The notes under the pieces: model-generated
Databases searched by the model: none
Told to the model about the DNA's origin: nothing
The model's input: only the letters and a program-made list of their open reading frames with translations
Source: an uncultured Bacteroidales bacterium
Lineage (GTDB): Bacteria > Bacteroidota > Bacteroidia > Bacteroidales > VadinHA17
Assembly: GCA_963849945.1 (NCBI GenBank)
Contig: CAWKJD010000003.1
Span: 302,818 to 366,817 of the forward strand
Length of the DNA stretch: 64,000 nt
Direction of reading: 5' to 3'
Made by a program: the position numbers and the translations under genes
Part shown: piece after piece, positions 51,697 through 61,702 of the stretch
Numbering within the stretch: position 1 is the stretch's first letter
Layout: each line of letters starts with the position of its first letter

Positions 51697-53706
51697 TTAT
51701 TTCAGAAAGGAATATTTTTCCCCGTATTCCATCATCTGGCCAAGGAAGTCAGAGCAATATCCGACCTTTACATCGGTGATTTTTCCATGCGCATCATAAA
51801 CCGGCTCGAGCACCGGGTTTACAAAACCGCTGTAAGGTGCCAGGTTAAGTTTTTCATAACGTGCCACTATTTCAGAATGAAGGGCTGGATCAATTTTTAT
51901 CCCGTAATTTTCGATCATGTTCTTTCCCGCCTCAAAATCGCCTTCTGATTTTATCCGTTGAACTTCCTTAAGCATTTCACCGAAAAGTTGCCTGAGCTTT
52001 TCATAGTCATTGATCTTCACAAATGTCTTCTGATTACGTGACACCATTTCAATCACCCGGTCACCACGGCCTTTTTCATAGACCCAGCGGGCTATTGCAG
52101 ACCGGCATCTCATATGTGCCTCTTCAATGTCCTTTCCGGGCTTTATTCTGGCTGACTGAATGATAATGCCGTTGCGTATGTAGTTATCATACTGTGCTTT
52201 AGCGGGCTCAGTTGAAGTCATCAATCCTGTTTCTGCCATTTTCTGATCCATCGCAAAATAAAGTGCGAAGAGGTCAGCCCTCATCTCTTCAAGCGGGGAA
52301 GCATAGTTTTTCAGCGCATTGGGATCAGTCCCCGGAGCCAGCTTTCCGCTTGCATGTCCGATACATTCATGCATGTCAGTGTGGAGGGCATCAGCCAGAG
52401 ACCCGTATTTTACCGACCTGTCAGTCTCTGCCTGATCAAAAGCAAACTCTTCAAGCAGGCCGCTGCCTCTCGAGACAATGTCCTTTGCATCCGTAATGTT
52501 TGCCAGTGAAACGGATTTAGAGCCCGTTTCAGCTCGGATCCAGTTGGAATTCGGCAGGTTGATTCCCAGCGGCGAAGCCGGATAGCAGTCGCCGCCAAGC
52601 ATTGCCACGTTGATTACACTTGCAGCAACTCCTGTGACCTTTTCCTTCCGGTATTGCGGATCAACCGGAGAGTTGTCTTCAAACCACTGAGCGTTCTCAG
52701 TAATGACAGTGGTGCGCTTCGATGCCTCGACATCCTTGTACTCAACAACCGCCTCCCATGTGGCTTTCATCCCCAGGGGGTCACCGTATTTCTCGATAAA
52801 TCCGTTAATGTAATCAACTGAAAGTCCGGTGTTCCCTGCCCAGAGAATATTATAGTCGTCCCAGGTCTTCAGGTCTCCGGTCTTATAGTATTCAATAAGC
52901 AATCCTATTTCCTTCTTCTGGCTATCGCTGAGGGCTGCTTTCATCGCTTTCTCCAGCCATGAGATAATCTGGTCAATGACAGGACCGTAGAGGCCTCCGC
53001 TTTTATACGGTATCTCCGTGACTTTGCCATTGGTTTTCACGACTTTGGTGTTAAGTCCCCATGATACAGGTCTGGGATCAGAATGGTTGGCTCTGATGGC
53101 ATAATATTCTTCGACCTCTGCCTGCGTGACACCTTCGTAGAAGTTATTTGCCGATGAGGTTATCAGGTCTGCACCATCCGACTGGTTGACTTTCCTCGGG
53201 TAAAGTTGCGGATCAAAGATCACCGGTGTAAGCAATGCAATAAGATCTCCGGTCTCCTGCCCTTCTCCCAGAGGAAGCAATGACAGGTAAGATCCATTCA
53301 CCAGCGCCGCAAAAAAATCTTCAGAAAAACCGGGCACAAACTTGTCATTCGAATAATGATGGTGTATCCCGTTGGCAAAGAAAACTCTTTTGGCCCAGGT
53401 CACAAACGATGCATATTCCGCTGTGTGTTTATCTCCGCTATATGAATTAATGACCGCTTCAATGGTCTTTCTAATCGTAAGATTATGTTTGAAATTCTGA
53501 TCCCACAGAATATCCCTTCCGCAAAGCGCAGCCTCTGAAAGATAGTATATGAGCTCTTTCTCACCTGATGAAAGCTCCTCAAATCCCGGAAGGCGGTACT
53601 TAAGCACACTTATATCTTCGAACCTGTCAACCTCGAAGGTGAATTCACCTGTCCCGGCAGTCTCTTTGTCCTTTTGCCCGCGTGTAACAAAAAAGCCGAT
53701 TTCCAT
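51697..53706 (-). CDS. Dipeptidyl-peptidase III (peptidase M49)
   Basis: HECIGHASGK is the HExxGH motif and EEMRADLFALY is the EExRAD motif. 669 aa. No signal peptide. Confidence 0.9.
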   Translation of the reverse strand: MEIGFFVTRGQKDKETAGTGEFTFEVDRFEDISVLKYRLPGFEELSSGEKELIYYLSEAALCGRDILWDQNFKHNLTIRKTIEAVINSYSGDKHTAEYASFVTWAKRVFFANGIHHHYSNDKFVPGFSEDFFAALVNGSYLSLLPLGEGQETGDLIALLTPVIFDPQLYPRKVNQSDGADLITSSANNFYEGVTQAEVEEYYAIRANHSDPRPVSWGLNTKVVKTNGKVTEIPYKSGGLYGPVIDQIISWLEKAMKAALSDSQKKEIGLLIEYYKTGDLKTWDDYNILWAGNTGLSVDYINGFIEKYGDPLGMKATWEAVVEYKDVEASKRTTVITENAQWFEDNSPVDPQYRKEKVTGVAASVINVAMLGGDCYPASPLGINLPNSNWIRAETGSKSVSLANITDAKDIVSRGSGLLEEFAFDQAETDRSVKYGSLADALHTDMHECIGHASGKLAPGTDPNALKNYASPLEEMRADLFALYFAMDQKMAETGLMTSTEPAKAQYDNYIRNGIIIQSARIKPGKDIEEAHMRCRSAIARWVYEKGRGDRVIEMVSRNQKTFVKINDYEKLRQLFGEMLKEVQRIKSEGDFEAGKNMIENYGIKIDPALHSEIVARYEKLNLAPYSGFVNPVLEPVYDAHGKITDVKVGYCSDFLGQMMEYGEKYSFLK

Positions 53707-53844
53707 TGTTCATAATTTCAAGGTGGAAAATCATATACCGAGAAGATCCATCAACCCGTTGATGAATGTCAGCGGGTGAGCCGAATTGCCGGGGACATAC
53801 ATATCTCCAGGCTTTAGCCATATTTTCAGTGACCGGGCCCTGTT

Positions 53845-55317
53845 TTAATGATGCTTTATTTCCAGCTGGTTTGAACCGCTTTCAACACTAAGTACTTTGG
53901 TATTGCCTCCCTGTGGCAGATTGGGGTCAACCGGTTTGTTTGAACTCCATGATCCGCAGGTAAAATCAGGCACACTGATTGAATTCGATCTGTTGGCCAC
54001 TGACCATTCACTCAGCGGAGCGATGACGCTCCAGAGAGCTGCATCATAAACATCCTGATCAAGCGGAAGTCCGTTGCGGAGGCAGTCAATCAGTCTCCAG
54101 TCCATGATGAAATCCATCCCTCCATGGCCACCTATCTCTTTTGCCATCGATCCCACTCTTTTTATAATCTCCGGTGTATACTTTTCCTCGAGTGCTTTGA
54201 ACTCCTCGGGTGAGACCCACTCGTGACCGAGAGCTATCCTTTCAGGTTCCGGGTATTTGCACGCCATACCCTTAGTACCGCTTATAAGGTGAATACGTGA
54301 GTATGGTCTCGGACTTGAGACATCATGCTGTATCATTATGGTTCTCCCTGCAAAGGTTCTGACCACGGAGGTATTCATATTACCCCGGTATTTTTTCCCT
54401 GCGAAGGGCTGGTAGAACGGGTCTTCCTTTGCAAGCTGATCAATTTCGGAAGCCATCGCAAAATCGTTTGATGACATCGACGTCATATAATCCATTTTAT
54501 CACCGCGGTTGATGTTCATGATCTGGCATATAGGGCCAAGTCCGTGAGTTGGATAAAGATTTCCGTTACGCGTGTTTTCTTTCAGGCGCCACATATCAGC
54601 ATAGCCGTTCTTGTCATAGGTATAACCCCACCGCAGGTCATGTATGTATGCTCCTTCGCCGTGTATGAGCTCTCCAAACAGGCCCTGCCGTGCCATATTC
54701 AGTGTCAGCAGTTCAAAAAAGTCATAGCAGCAGTTCTCAAGCTGCATACAATGCTTTTTAGTCCGTTCCGAAGTTTCAACCAGCTGCCAGCTCTCCTCCA
54801 CCGTCTTTGCTGCAGGCACTTCTACAGCTACATGCTTCCCGCTTTCCATGGCATAGACAGCCATAGGTGTATGCCACGCCCAGGGTGTGCAGATATACAC
54901 GAGGTCAATGTCAGGGTCATCGCAAATACCTTTCCATGCCTCTTCGGTTCCGCTGAATGACTTGGCTTGCGGAATGCCGGATTTAGCTATCATCGCCTGC
55001 ACCTTGTCAACCCTGTCGGCATACTTGTCGCACAGTGCTGCTATCTCGACCCCTTCAATGTAAATCATTCGTTCAACAGCTCCCGGGCCTCGCTGACCCA
55101 GTCCTATAAATCCAATTCGTATTTTTTCAAGTGGCGAAGCAGCATATCCTGACATGTTGAATTTCTGCGCATGGCTGGCCAGTACAGCCTTGCTGACTTC
55201 AGGCATCAGTTCTGATTTGCCCTTCTCACTGGAACATGAGGAAACAGAAGCTGCTGTAAGCGCTCCTGCGCCGGCCACAGCAGAAATACGGAGAAAATTG
55301 CGACGATTGGTTTTCAT
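53845..55317 (-). CDS. Tat-exported Gfo/Idh/MocA oxidoreductase, GH109-like (NAD-dependent glycosidase family candidate)
   Basis: MKTNRRNFLRISAVAGAGAL is a twin-arginine signal. IRIGFIGLGQRG is the Rossmann motif. Also present are ICTPWAWH..MAVYAMESGKHVAVEVP and the C-terminal GGHGGMDF. Confidence 0.75.
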   Translation of the reverse strand: MKTNRRNFLRISAVAGAGALTAASVSSCSSEKGKSELMPEVSKAVLASHAQKFNMSGYAASPLEKIRIGFIGLGQRGPGAVERMIYIEGVEIAALCDKYADRVDKVQAMIAKSGIPQAKSFSGTEEAWKGICDDPDIDLVYICTPWAWHTPMAVYAMESGKHVAVEVPAAKTVEESWQLVETSERTKKHCMQLENCCYDFFELLTLNMARQGLFGELIHGEGAYIHDLRWGYTYDKNGYADMWRLKENTRNGNLYPTHGLGPICQIMNINRGDKMDYMTSMSSNDFAMASEIDQLAKEDPFYQPFAGKKYRGNMNTSVVRTFAGRTIMIQHDVSSPRPYSRIHLISGTKGMACKYPEPERIALGHEWVSPEEFKALEEKYTPEIIKRVGSMAKEIGGHGGMDFIMDWRLIDCLRNGLPLDQDVYDAALWSVIAPLSEWSVANRSNSISVPDFTCGSWSSNKPVDPNLPQGGNTKVLSVESGSNQLEIKHH

Positions 55318-55392
55318 ATTGGTCAGGTTAATATTGTATTAAATTATGTATGCAATATACAAACTTCCGATTTAAAAAAAATACCTGAAAGG

Positions 55393-55626
55393 CTACATGT
55401 CCTGCTTCTCTGTTCCGGTCTTTTTCTTCCTTATGAGGTCACCTGCGATCGATCCGGCCAGGAAACCCAGTATCAAACCCCAGGGAACCATTAGATACCA
55501 GTTCGATTTAATAGTGCAGGTGCCTGAGACACAACCGACATACTTCCAGTATAAGAATCCGCCGATAGCGCCAATAACAGCGCCGATTATCTCGGGTAAA
55601 TATTTTTTTACAGTTTTCTTATTCAT
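55393..55626 (-). CDS. Small membrane protein with GCxSGxC motif
   Basis: 77 aa with two TM helices flanking YVGCVSGTCTI. The start overlaps the stop of the upstream GT4 gene (ATGA). Confidence 0.6.
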   Translation of the reverse strand: MNKKTVKKYLPEIIGAVIGAIGGFLYWKYVGCVSGTCTIKSNWYLMVPWGLILGFLAGSIAGDLIRKKKTGTEKQDM

Positions 55627-56759
55627 TCGTTTGGATTTGCCTTAATAACGTTTTTAAAAAATTCCTTTTCCATCACGCTTTCTTTTTCCCAGTTTAGCTC
55701 ACGGTACGCCGCATTAGCATTTTCCTTCAGCGTATAACGAAGAGAGCTGTCATCCCTCAGCCTTTCCAGAATGCCCGCTATGGCATAGGGTGTCACATCG
55801 CTGAGCACAAGGCCGCAACCATATTTATCAACGACTGAAGAGACCTCAGGCAAGGGGGAAACAATGGCAGGAATTCCCGCTGCAATATAATCAAACAGTT
55901 TGTTTGGCAAGCTGAAGCGCTGGTTGATGCAGTTATCAGGATCAAGTGACAGTCCCGCATCACAACACATGGTGAATCCCATCATCTCCTCCCATCTCAT
56001 CCTGGGTAAAAATATAATATTATTGTCAAGACCTCTTTCATCGACCACCCGCTTAAGATCCTCAATCATATCGCCTGACCCTGTGATGATCAGCCGTACC
56101 TTTTCAAGCATGCTCATTGCGTTTACGAGTGCCATAGCCCCTCTTCCCGGATTGATACCCGAGCCCTGGTAGACGACCAGGAGATCATCCTCTCTGGCAC
56201 CGACTTCACTGCGTCGACGCGGGATGACTATATCTGTTGAGGGGGCGACGTTCCTGATGACCACGGGGTCAACACCGTATTCTTTCCTGTAGAGATCAGC
56301 TATTGAACTGCTGACTGTGATCATATGACGGATCTTCGGCAAAATCAGCCTCTCGGCCCTTTTCCATAATGCATAGGTACGCTTTCGTTCCGCCAGTCCA
56401 TACTGGCCTGTGAAGTACTCATGAGCATCATAGACAAGAGGTTTGCGGAAAAAACGCGAGGCTAAATAACACGGTATGAGAGTGTCAAGGTCATTTGCAA
56501 CATAGAGGTTTGTTCTTCCCGCAAGGAGGCGTAACAACAGCGACAGGTTGAAGATTATGTACATCGCCGGACCGCGTCTGAAAAGAACCCTGAGCCGTCT
56601 TATCTTTACATGAGGAAGAAACAGGGAGGGCGATTTGCCCGTAAATCTTCCGATGAGTGTCACGGAATATCCCAGATCCGTAAGTACCAACGCCTGTTTC
56701 TGCACTCTCATATCTGTTGAAAGGTCACTTATGACGGCGATGGTTGCTCTCATTATCAA
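55623..56759 (-). CDS. Family 4 (GT-B) glycosyltransferase
   Basis: 378 aa. C-terminal half: LLVVYQGSGINPGRG...LIITGSGDM......FSLPNKLFDYIAAGIPAIVS. Confidence 0.8.
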   Translation of the reverse strand: MIMRATIAVISDLSTDMRVQKQALVLTDLGYSVTLIGRFTGKSPSLFLPHVKIRRLRVLFRRGPAMYIIFNLSLLLRLLAGRTNLYVANDLDTLIPCYLASRFFRKPLVYDAHEYFTGQYGLAERKRTYALWKRAERLILPKIRHMITVSSSIADLYRKEYGVDPVVIRNVAPSTDIVIPRRRSEVGAREDDLLVVYQGSGINPGRGAMALVNAMSMLEKVRLIITGSGDMIEDLKRVVDERGLDNNIIFLPRMRWEEMMGFTMCCDAGLSLDPDNCINQRFSLPNKLFDYIAAGIPAIVSPLPEVSSVVDKYGCGLVLSDVTPYAIAGILERLRDDSSLRYTLKENANAAYRELNWEKESVMEKEFFKNVIKANPNE

Positions 56760-56830
56760 TCTTTTGCCTGGCAGGTAACCTCGTTGTTTCCCGATAAGGC
56801 GCTGAAAGATACAAAAGAATTTTTTTTAGT

Positions 56831-56838
56831 TATGTTTG
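56831..56838 (+). promoter_or_regulatory. -7 promoter box (TATGTTTG)
   Basis: It lies inside the track's extended ORF. The ATG follows at 56862. Confidence 0.4.
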
Positions 56839-56861
56839 TGCATCGTTTTTACAGACTCATC

Positions 56862-58007
56862 ATGGATGCTCAGCATAACAGGATAATTCATCTCGTAAGT
56901 TTCAACATCCCCTATCCGCCCGATTACGGCGGAGTCATGGACGTCTTTTACAAGATATCTGCACTGAAGAAGCAGGGTGTGGGCATTATACTTCATTGCT
57001 TCAGCTACGGGCGAACCCGTTCAAGAACGCTGGAACGTGAATGTCTAAAGGTTCATTACTACCGTCGCGATCTAAATCTGTTTCACCTGTTCAGCAAGGA
57101 ACCTTTTATTGTCCTTTCGCGCCGGAGCGATTCGCTTCTGAAGCATCTCCTTGCTGACACACACCCTATAATATTTGAAGGACTGCATACGACCGACCTT
57201 CTTGGCCATCCCTCCCTTTCCGGCCGGATGACAATGGTCAGGACACACAATATTGAACATATCTATTACCGTAACCTGGCGCTTAATGAGAGAAATCCGT
57301 TCAGAAAATTTTTCTACAATTCCGAAGCCCGGAAGCTTGAGCGGTATGAGTCTAAACTTGCAATGGCGACTTTACTCCTGACGATCTCTCCGGGCGACAC
57401 GGATTATTTTGCTTCGAAATATGGCAATGCTTTTTTTGTCGGGCCCTTTCATCCCTCGGATGGATGTAAGTTCACAGACGGTAAGGGCGATTTTGTTCTT
57501 CTTCACGGCGATTTCTCTACCTCCGAGAACAATGCAGCAGCCAGGTTTTTATTGAAGGAGGTCGTCCCCGGATGGAAATACAAAACAGTCATTTCCGGTA
57601 AGAGACCTTCGGATGAGCTGATGCACGAAGCCTCATCGCTGAGGCACGTGAAAGTCATCCCTAACCCATCCCTTGCACAGATGAATGACCTTATAACCAA
57701 TGCGCAGGTCTGTCTGCTGAATGCTTATCAGCCTTCAGGGATGAAGCTGAAGCTGATAAACGCACTCTGCCTTGGCCGGCATGTGATCGCATCGCCATCT
57801 GTTGTTGCTGGTACAAGGCTGGAAACACTTTGCAGCATTGCCGCCGGACCGGGCGAATGGATAAGCCTGACTGACAGCCTCATGAATGAGGAATTCACTG
57901 AGGAGATGAAAGTTAAACGTCAGACCCTGCTTGGTGAGATTGCCGATAACAGCGTAAATGCAAAAAGGATTGTTGAATTGCTAAGCAATAACAATAAACA
58001 TCAGTGA
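56862..58007 (+). CDS. Glycosyltransferase, GT-B fold (GT4-like)
   Basis: RIIHLVSFNIPYPPDYGGVMDVFYKISALKKQG is a typical GT4 N-terminus, and GMKLKLINALCLGRHVIAS lies at the C-terminus. Confidence 0.7.
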   Translation: MDAQHNRIIHLVSFNIPYPPDYGGVMDVFYKISALKKQGVGIILHCFSYGRTRSRTLERECLKVHYYRRDLNLFHLFSKEPFIVLSRRSDSLLKHLLADTHPIIFEGLHTTDLLGHPSLSGRMTMVRTHNIEHIYYRNLALNERNPFRKFFYNSEARKLERYESKLAMATLLLTISPGDTDYFASKYGNAFFVGPFHPSDGCKFTDGKGDFVLLHGDFSTSENNAAARFLLKEVVPGWKYKTVISGKRPSDELMHEASSLRHVKVIPNPSLAQMNDLITNAQVCLLNAYQPSGMKLKLINALCLGRHVIASPSVVAGTRLETLCSIAAGPGEWISLTDSLMNEEFTEEMKVKRQTLLGEIADNSVNAKRIVELLSNNNKHQ

Positions 58008-58019
58008 TACACTTGACAG

Positions 58020-59045
58020 CTATTTGTATATCCTGCGCCTGTTAAGCTCCCGGCGGTATGCGCTGGCATATCTGTTATGCTCGGCGAGGGTGCGGGAGAA
58101 GTGATGATAACCTGAAAAATCAGCCTTCGCCACAAAATAAAGATAATCGTGCTTTTCTGCATGCAGTACGGCGTCAATGCCGGTTTTGGTCGCACAACGT
58201 ACCGGTCCGGGCGGCAGGCCGCTGTACTTGTATGTGTTATACGGTGAATCGATATCAAGATGCTCATCCAGCACCCGGCGTATGCTGAAATTATTCAATG
58301 CAAACTTAACAGTCGGGTCAGCCTGCAAAGGTATGCCCTGGCGTAGCCTGTTCAGATATACTCCTGCTATCCTTGGCTTTTCGTCTGCTTTCGCCACCTC
58401 TTCATCGATAATGGAGGCGAGTATTGAGACCTCGACAGGGGTCAGGTTTTCAGCCTTCGCAAGAGACTTTCGTTCATCTGTCCAGAAGGCTTTGTATTCC
58501 TTTAGCATGCGATGGTAGAAATCTTTTGCATCCATAGTCCAGTAAAGCTGGTATGTATCAGGCAGGAAGACAGAAATAAGTGTCGCATGCGTGAATCCAT
58601 CTGAAGAGTAATTATTCTCATCATCAAAGAACCGGGACAGTGACGCGGAATCAGCTTCGATCTGCCGGCCGATCTTTCCTGCCAGCTCATCAAGCGTACG
58701 GATATTATTAAAGGTTACATTTACAGGAGTCTGCTTACCTGGTCTTAAAATATTCACAATCCTGTTGTTGCTCATCCCGGATTCAATTACGTACGATCCC
58801 GGTTTCACTGAGCGGCCGAACGACTTAAGTTTTGCGGTGATGAGGAAGCTGCGCTCGTTCACCAGAGCTTCCGAGCTTCTAAGAGTGTCGATGAGGTCAT
58901 CAAATGTGGAACCCGAAGGCAGATAAATCCTGACTTCAGTATCAGGTTTGACATTAGGTATAAGTGCAACTATCCACAGAAAAGTGATCACTGCCAGACT
59001 TGCTGCCAGACCACCAAAAAAAAGATACATTATTAACTTTCTCAT
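58020..59045 (-). CDS. mltG: Endolytic murein transglycosylase MltG (YceG family)
   Basis: N-terminal TM helix, then ILASIIDEE..K..E...IAGVYLNRL..G..LQADPT and YNTYKYSGLPPGPV. Confidence 0.9.
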   Translation of the reverse strand: MRKLIMYLFFGGLAASLAVITFLWIVALIPNVKPDTEVRIYLPSGSTFDDLIDTLRSSEALVNERSFLITAKLKSFGRSVKPGSYVIESGMSNNRIVNILRPGKQTPVNVTFNNIRTLDELAGKIGRQIEADSASLSRFFDDENNYSSDGFTHATLISVFLPDTYQLYWTMDAKDFYHRMLKEYKAFWTDERKSLAKAENLTPVEVSILASIIDEEVAKADEKPRIAGVYLNRLRQGIPLQADPTVKFALNNFSIRRVLDEHLDIDSPYNTYKYSGLPPGPVRCATKTGIDAVLHAEKHDYLYFVAKADFSGYHHFSRTLAEHNRYASAYRRELNRRRIYK

Positions 59046-59056
59046 CAGGTCTCAGA

Positions 59057-60523
59057 TTAATACAGAGGACCAAAGATGCGGGCCAGCGATTCCTTGTTTC
59101 TCTCTCTCCTTCTCCTTTTCCCCCATTCAGCAAGAATTACCTCAGTGCAGTTTTTAAGGTCTTCAGAGAATACCTCGCCAAGCCTCGATGCGAAATCTTC
59201 GTCATAGACAAGGGCAGTGACTTCAAAATCAAGGTCAAAGCTCCGCACATCAACATTTGGAGAGCCTACTGATGAAAAAACGCCATCCACAAGGAGATAT
59301 TTTGAATGAATGAAACCTTTTCCATAAAGGTAAACCCTTACACCGGCTTCGAGCAACTCTGAAATATAGGACCGGGTGTTCCAGTTAGTGAGAATGGAAT
59401 TTGACTTTTCCGGGAAGATCATTCTCACATCCACACCGCTCAGAGCCGCTGTTTTAATTGCAGTAAGCATGCTCTCGTCAGGACTGAAGTACGGTGAAGT
59501 GAGGTATATTGAGGATTTTGCTGTGGCAATAGCTGAAAAATATACCTGCATAATGGTTGCCCAATCAGTATCTGGACCGCTTGAAGCTACCTGCACAAGG
59601 CATCGTTTACCTGTCTTCCTGACACTTTCCGGCGATATGTCCGGTGTCAGCTCCTCTCCGCTGAGGAAATCCCAGTCTGCAATAAAAACCCTGTCAAGAG
59701 CTGCAACTGATTCACCTTCAAGCCTGAGGTGAGTATCAATCCAGGGGCCGAGATCAGGCAGGCCATGGATATATTTATCTGCGATATTTAGTCCTCCGAC
59801 GAAGCCTGTCTTACCGTCAACAACAAGTATTTTGCGGTGGTTGCGGTAGTTCATCTTGCTTGAAAAGCTTGGGAAGCGTACAGGCATGAATGGGAAAATC
59901 TGAATACCTGCTGTGCGCATCTCCCTTAGATAGGCATTGTGTATGTTCCAGCTCCCGACGTCATCATAAATGACCCTGACCTTTACCCCTTCCCTGGCTT
60001 TCCGTTTAAGCAGTTCCTTGAACTCATTGCCAAGATTATCAGGCTCAATACGGTAAAACTCGAGATGTACGTAATCCTTTGATGAAGCGATAGCTTCAAG
60101 CATGGCTGAGAAGGTTTCTCTTCCGTTAATAAGAAGAGTGATACTATTGTCAACAGTCAGCAGCGACCTGTTGTTTTTAAGCATAAGATGCATGAGGTGG
60201 GCCTTCGACCTTACCGCTTCACTCTCCTCAGCAAGTACAGCGGAAAGTGATGTCACCTGCAGGCTTACGTTATCAGACAATCTGCCTATATCTGTCAGGC
60301 TTTTGCGTGTATATATCTTTTCCTTCCGGTAATTCCTTCCGAAAAACATATAAATGATCACACCGGCCACCGGAATAAACAGGATTACAAGCAGCCAGGA
60401 AAGAGTTTTGACAGGATTCCCATTCTCCGTGACAATCATCACGCAGATGGAAACAACTGTGATCACCCACAATATTGCCAGTACGTCCAGAAAGACTGTC
60501 ATAATATTTCCCGCCAGGAGCAT
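59057..60523 (-). CDS. cls: Cardiolipin synthase (PLD superfamily)
   Basis: Two N-terminal TM helices and two HKD motifs: NHRKILVVDG and IHSKYLLVDG. Confidence 0.9.
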   Translation of the reverse strand: MLLAGNIMTVFLDVLAILWVITVVSICVMIVTENGNPVKTLSWLLVILFIPVAGVIIYMFFGRNYRKEKIYTRKSLTDIGRLSDNVSLQVTSLSAVLAEESEAVRSKAHLMHLMLKNNRSLLTVDNSITLLINGRETFSAMLEAIASSKDYVHLEFYRIEPDNLGNEFKELLKRKAREGVKVRVIYDDVGSWNIHNAYLREMRTAGIQIFPFMPVRFPSFSSKMNYRNHRKILVVDGKTGFVGGLNIADKYIHGLPDLGPWIDTHLRLEGESVAALDRVFIADWDFLSGEELTPDISPESVRKTGKRCLVQVASSGPDTDWATIMQVYFSAIATAKSSIYLTSPYFSPDESMLTAIKTAALSGVDVRMIFPEKSNSILTNWNTRSYISELLEAGVRVYLYGKGFIHSKYLLVDGVFSSVGSPNVDVRSFDLDFEVTALVYDEDFASRLGEVFSEDLKNCTEVILAEWGKRRRRERNKESLARIFGPLY

Positions 60524-60706
60524 AAGCAGACGTTTTACTTATCTGTAAAAGTAAAAAATATAATAATCCGCATAGTGACCTGCCGTGAAAGTGACAAAAA
60601 CATGCGAATTGAGTTGATGCAAAGCAGTGCATAAAGCATTATAGGCTCAACCAGACGTAACCGATGATGTCAACCGGATGCTTTTCGATATCTTCTATTG
60701 GTCAGC

Positions 60707-61699
60707 ATGCGGATAATTATTAATTTTATAACACAATTATTTGTTTCAATGAAATTATCGGTCGTTAGATTTTTTAATGCTTATGGTTTCAGAGAACGAT
60801 TAATGCTGCTGAAATACCATTCATTTTTCGTGGCGGGCAGAAAAAGTCCCATGCTGATTTCGATCATCGACGACCGGAGACACACTCAGGGGCTTACCGA
60901 TCGTTTAAAGGGGATTGTAACCGTTTATGCCCTTTCGAAAGCCCTGAATGTCCCTTTTCGCTGCGTCTTCACCCATCCTTTTCCTCTTACCGATTACCTT
61001 CTGCCCAACGAATACGATTGGTTGCCTAAAGCCAACGAACTAAGTGATTCCATGCACGATGTGAGATATGTTATCCTTCGGAAACAGCCTACTCTGAAGA
61101 GATTAATGCGGCTTTTACCCCCCAAAAAACAACTGCGGATTTATGCCAATTACGATTATCTGGAAGAGATCAACCGAACCTACCATACCCATTTTCGTTG
61201 GGGGGAACTTTTTCATGAACTTTTCCATCCGACCGAAGAACTCAGACAGCAGATAGCCAACCACCTGAACATTATTCCTGATGAATTTATAGCGTGTGCT
61301 TTCCGATTTCAGTCCATGCTGGGCGATTTCAAAGAAATAAATTCACATATTCTACCCGAAGACAAACAACAAAAATTGATGCAGAAAAACAAAGAAGCCC
61401 TCCTTCGTATTTCCCTGAGTTCGGGAATGCCCGTTTTAGTGACTTCCGACAGTATGAAATTCATCGATTTCCTGAAGGATGTCAATAATATTTACTGCTT
61501 TCCGGGTAAGGTGGTGCACATCGATTGCGCTTACGGCGAGCAAAAAGAAGTATATATGAAATCATTTATCGACTTTTTTATGTTATCGTCGGCCAGAAAG
61601 ATTTACAGTGTAGGTACAGCACAAATGTATCGGACCAACTTTCCTGCCTATGCTGCCAAACTGAGAGATATACCTTTCGAAAGAATTATAATAGATTAA
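60707..61699 (+). CDS. Hypothetical protein of the exopolysaccharide locus (possible glycosyltransferase)
   Basis: About 330-aa ORF, 3 nt upstream of the Stealth gene. No motif recognised. Start uncertain: TTG 60698, ATG 60707 or ATG 60749. Confidence 0.55.
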   Translation: MRIIINFITQLFVSMKLSVVRFFNAYGFRERLMLLKYHSFFVAGRKSPMLISIIDDRRHTQGLTDRLKGIVTVYALSKALNVPFRCVFTHPFPLTDYLLPNEYDWLPKANELSDSMHDVRYVILRKQPTLKRLMRLLPPKKQLRIYANYDYLEEINRTYHTHFRWGELFHELFHPTEELRQQIANHLNIIPDEFIACAFRFQSMLGDFKEINSHILPEDKQQKLMQKNKEALLRISLSSGMPVLVTSDSMKFIDFLKDVNNIYCFPGKVVHIDCAYGEQKEVYMKSFIDFFMLSSARKIYSVGTAQMYRTNFPAYAAKLRDIPFERIIID

Positions 61700-61702
61700 T
61701 TG

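Noticed and set aside
53645-53821. 58-codon minus-strand ORF (MAKAWRYVCPRQF…) overlapping the DPP III start
   Set aside because: It overlaps the DPP III start codon out of frame, has no promoter box, and has an arginine/cysteine-rich composition typical of out-of-frame noise.
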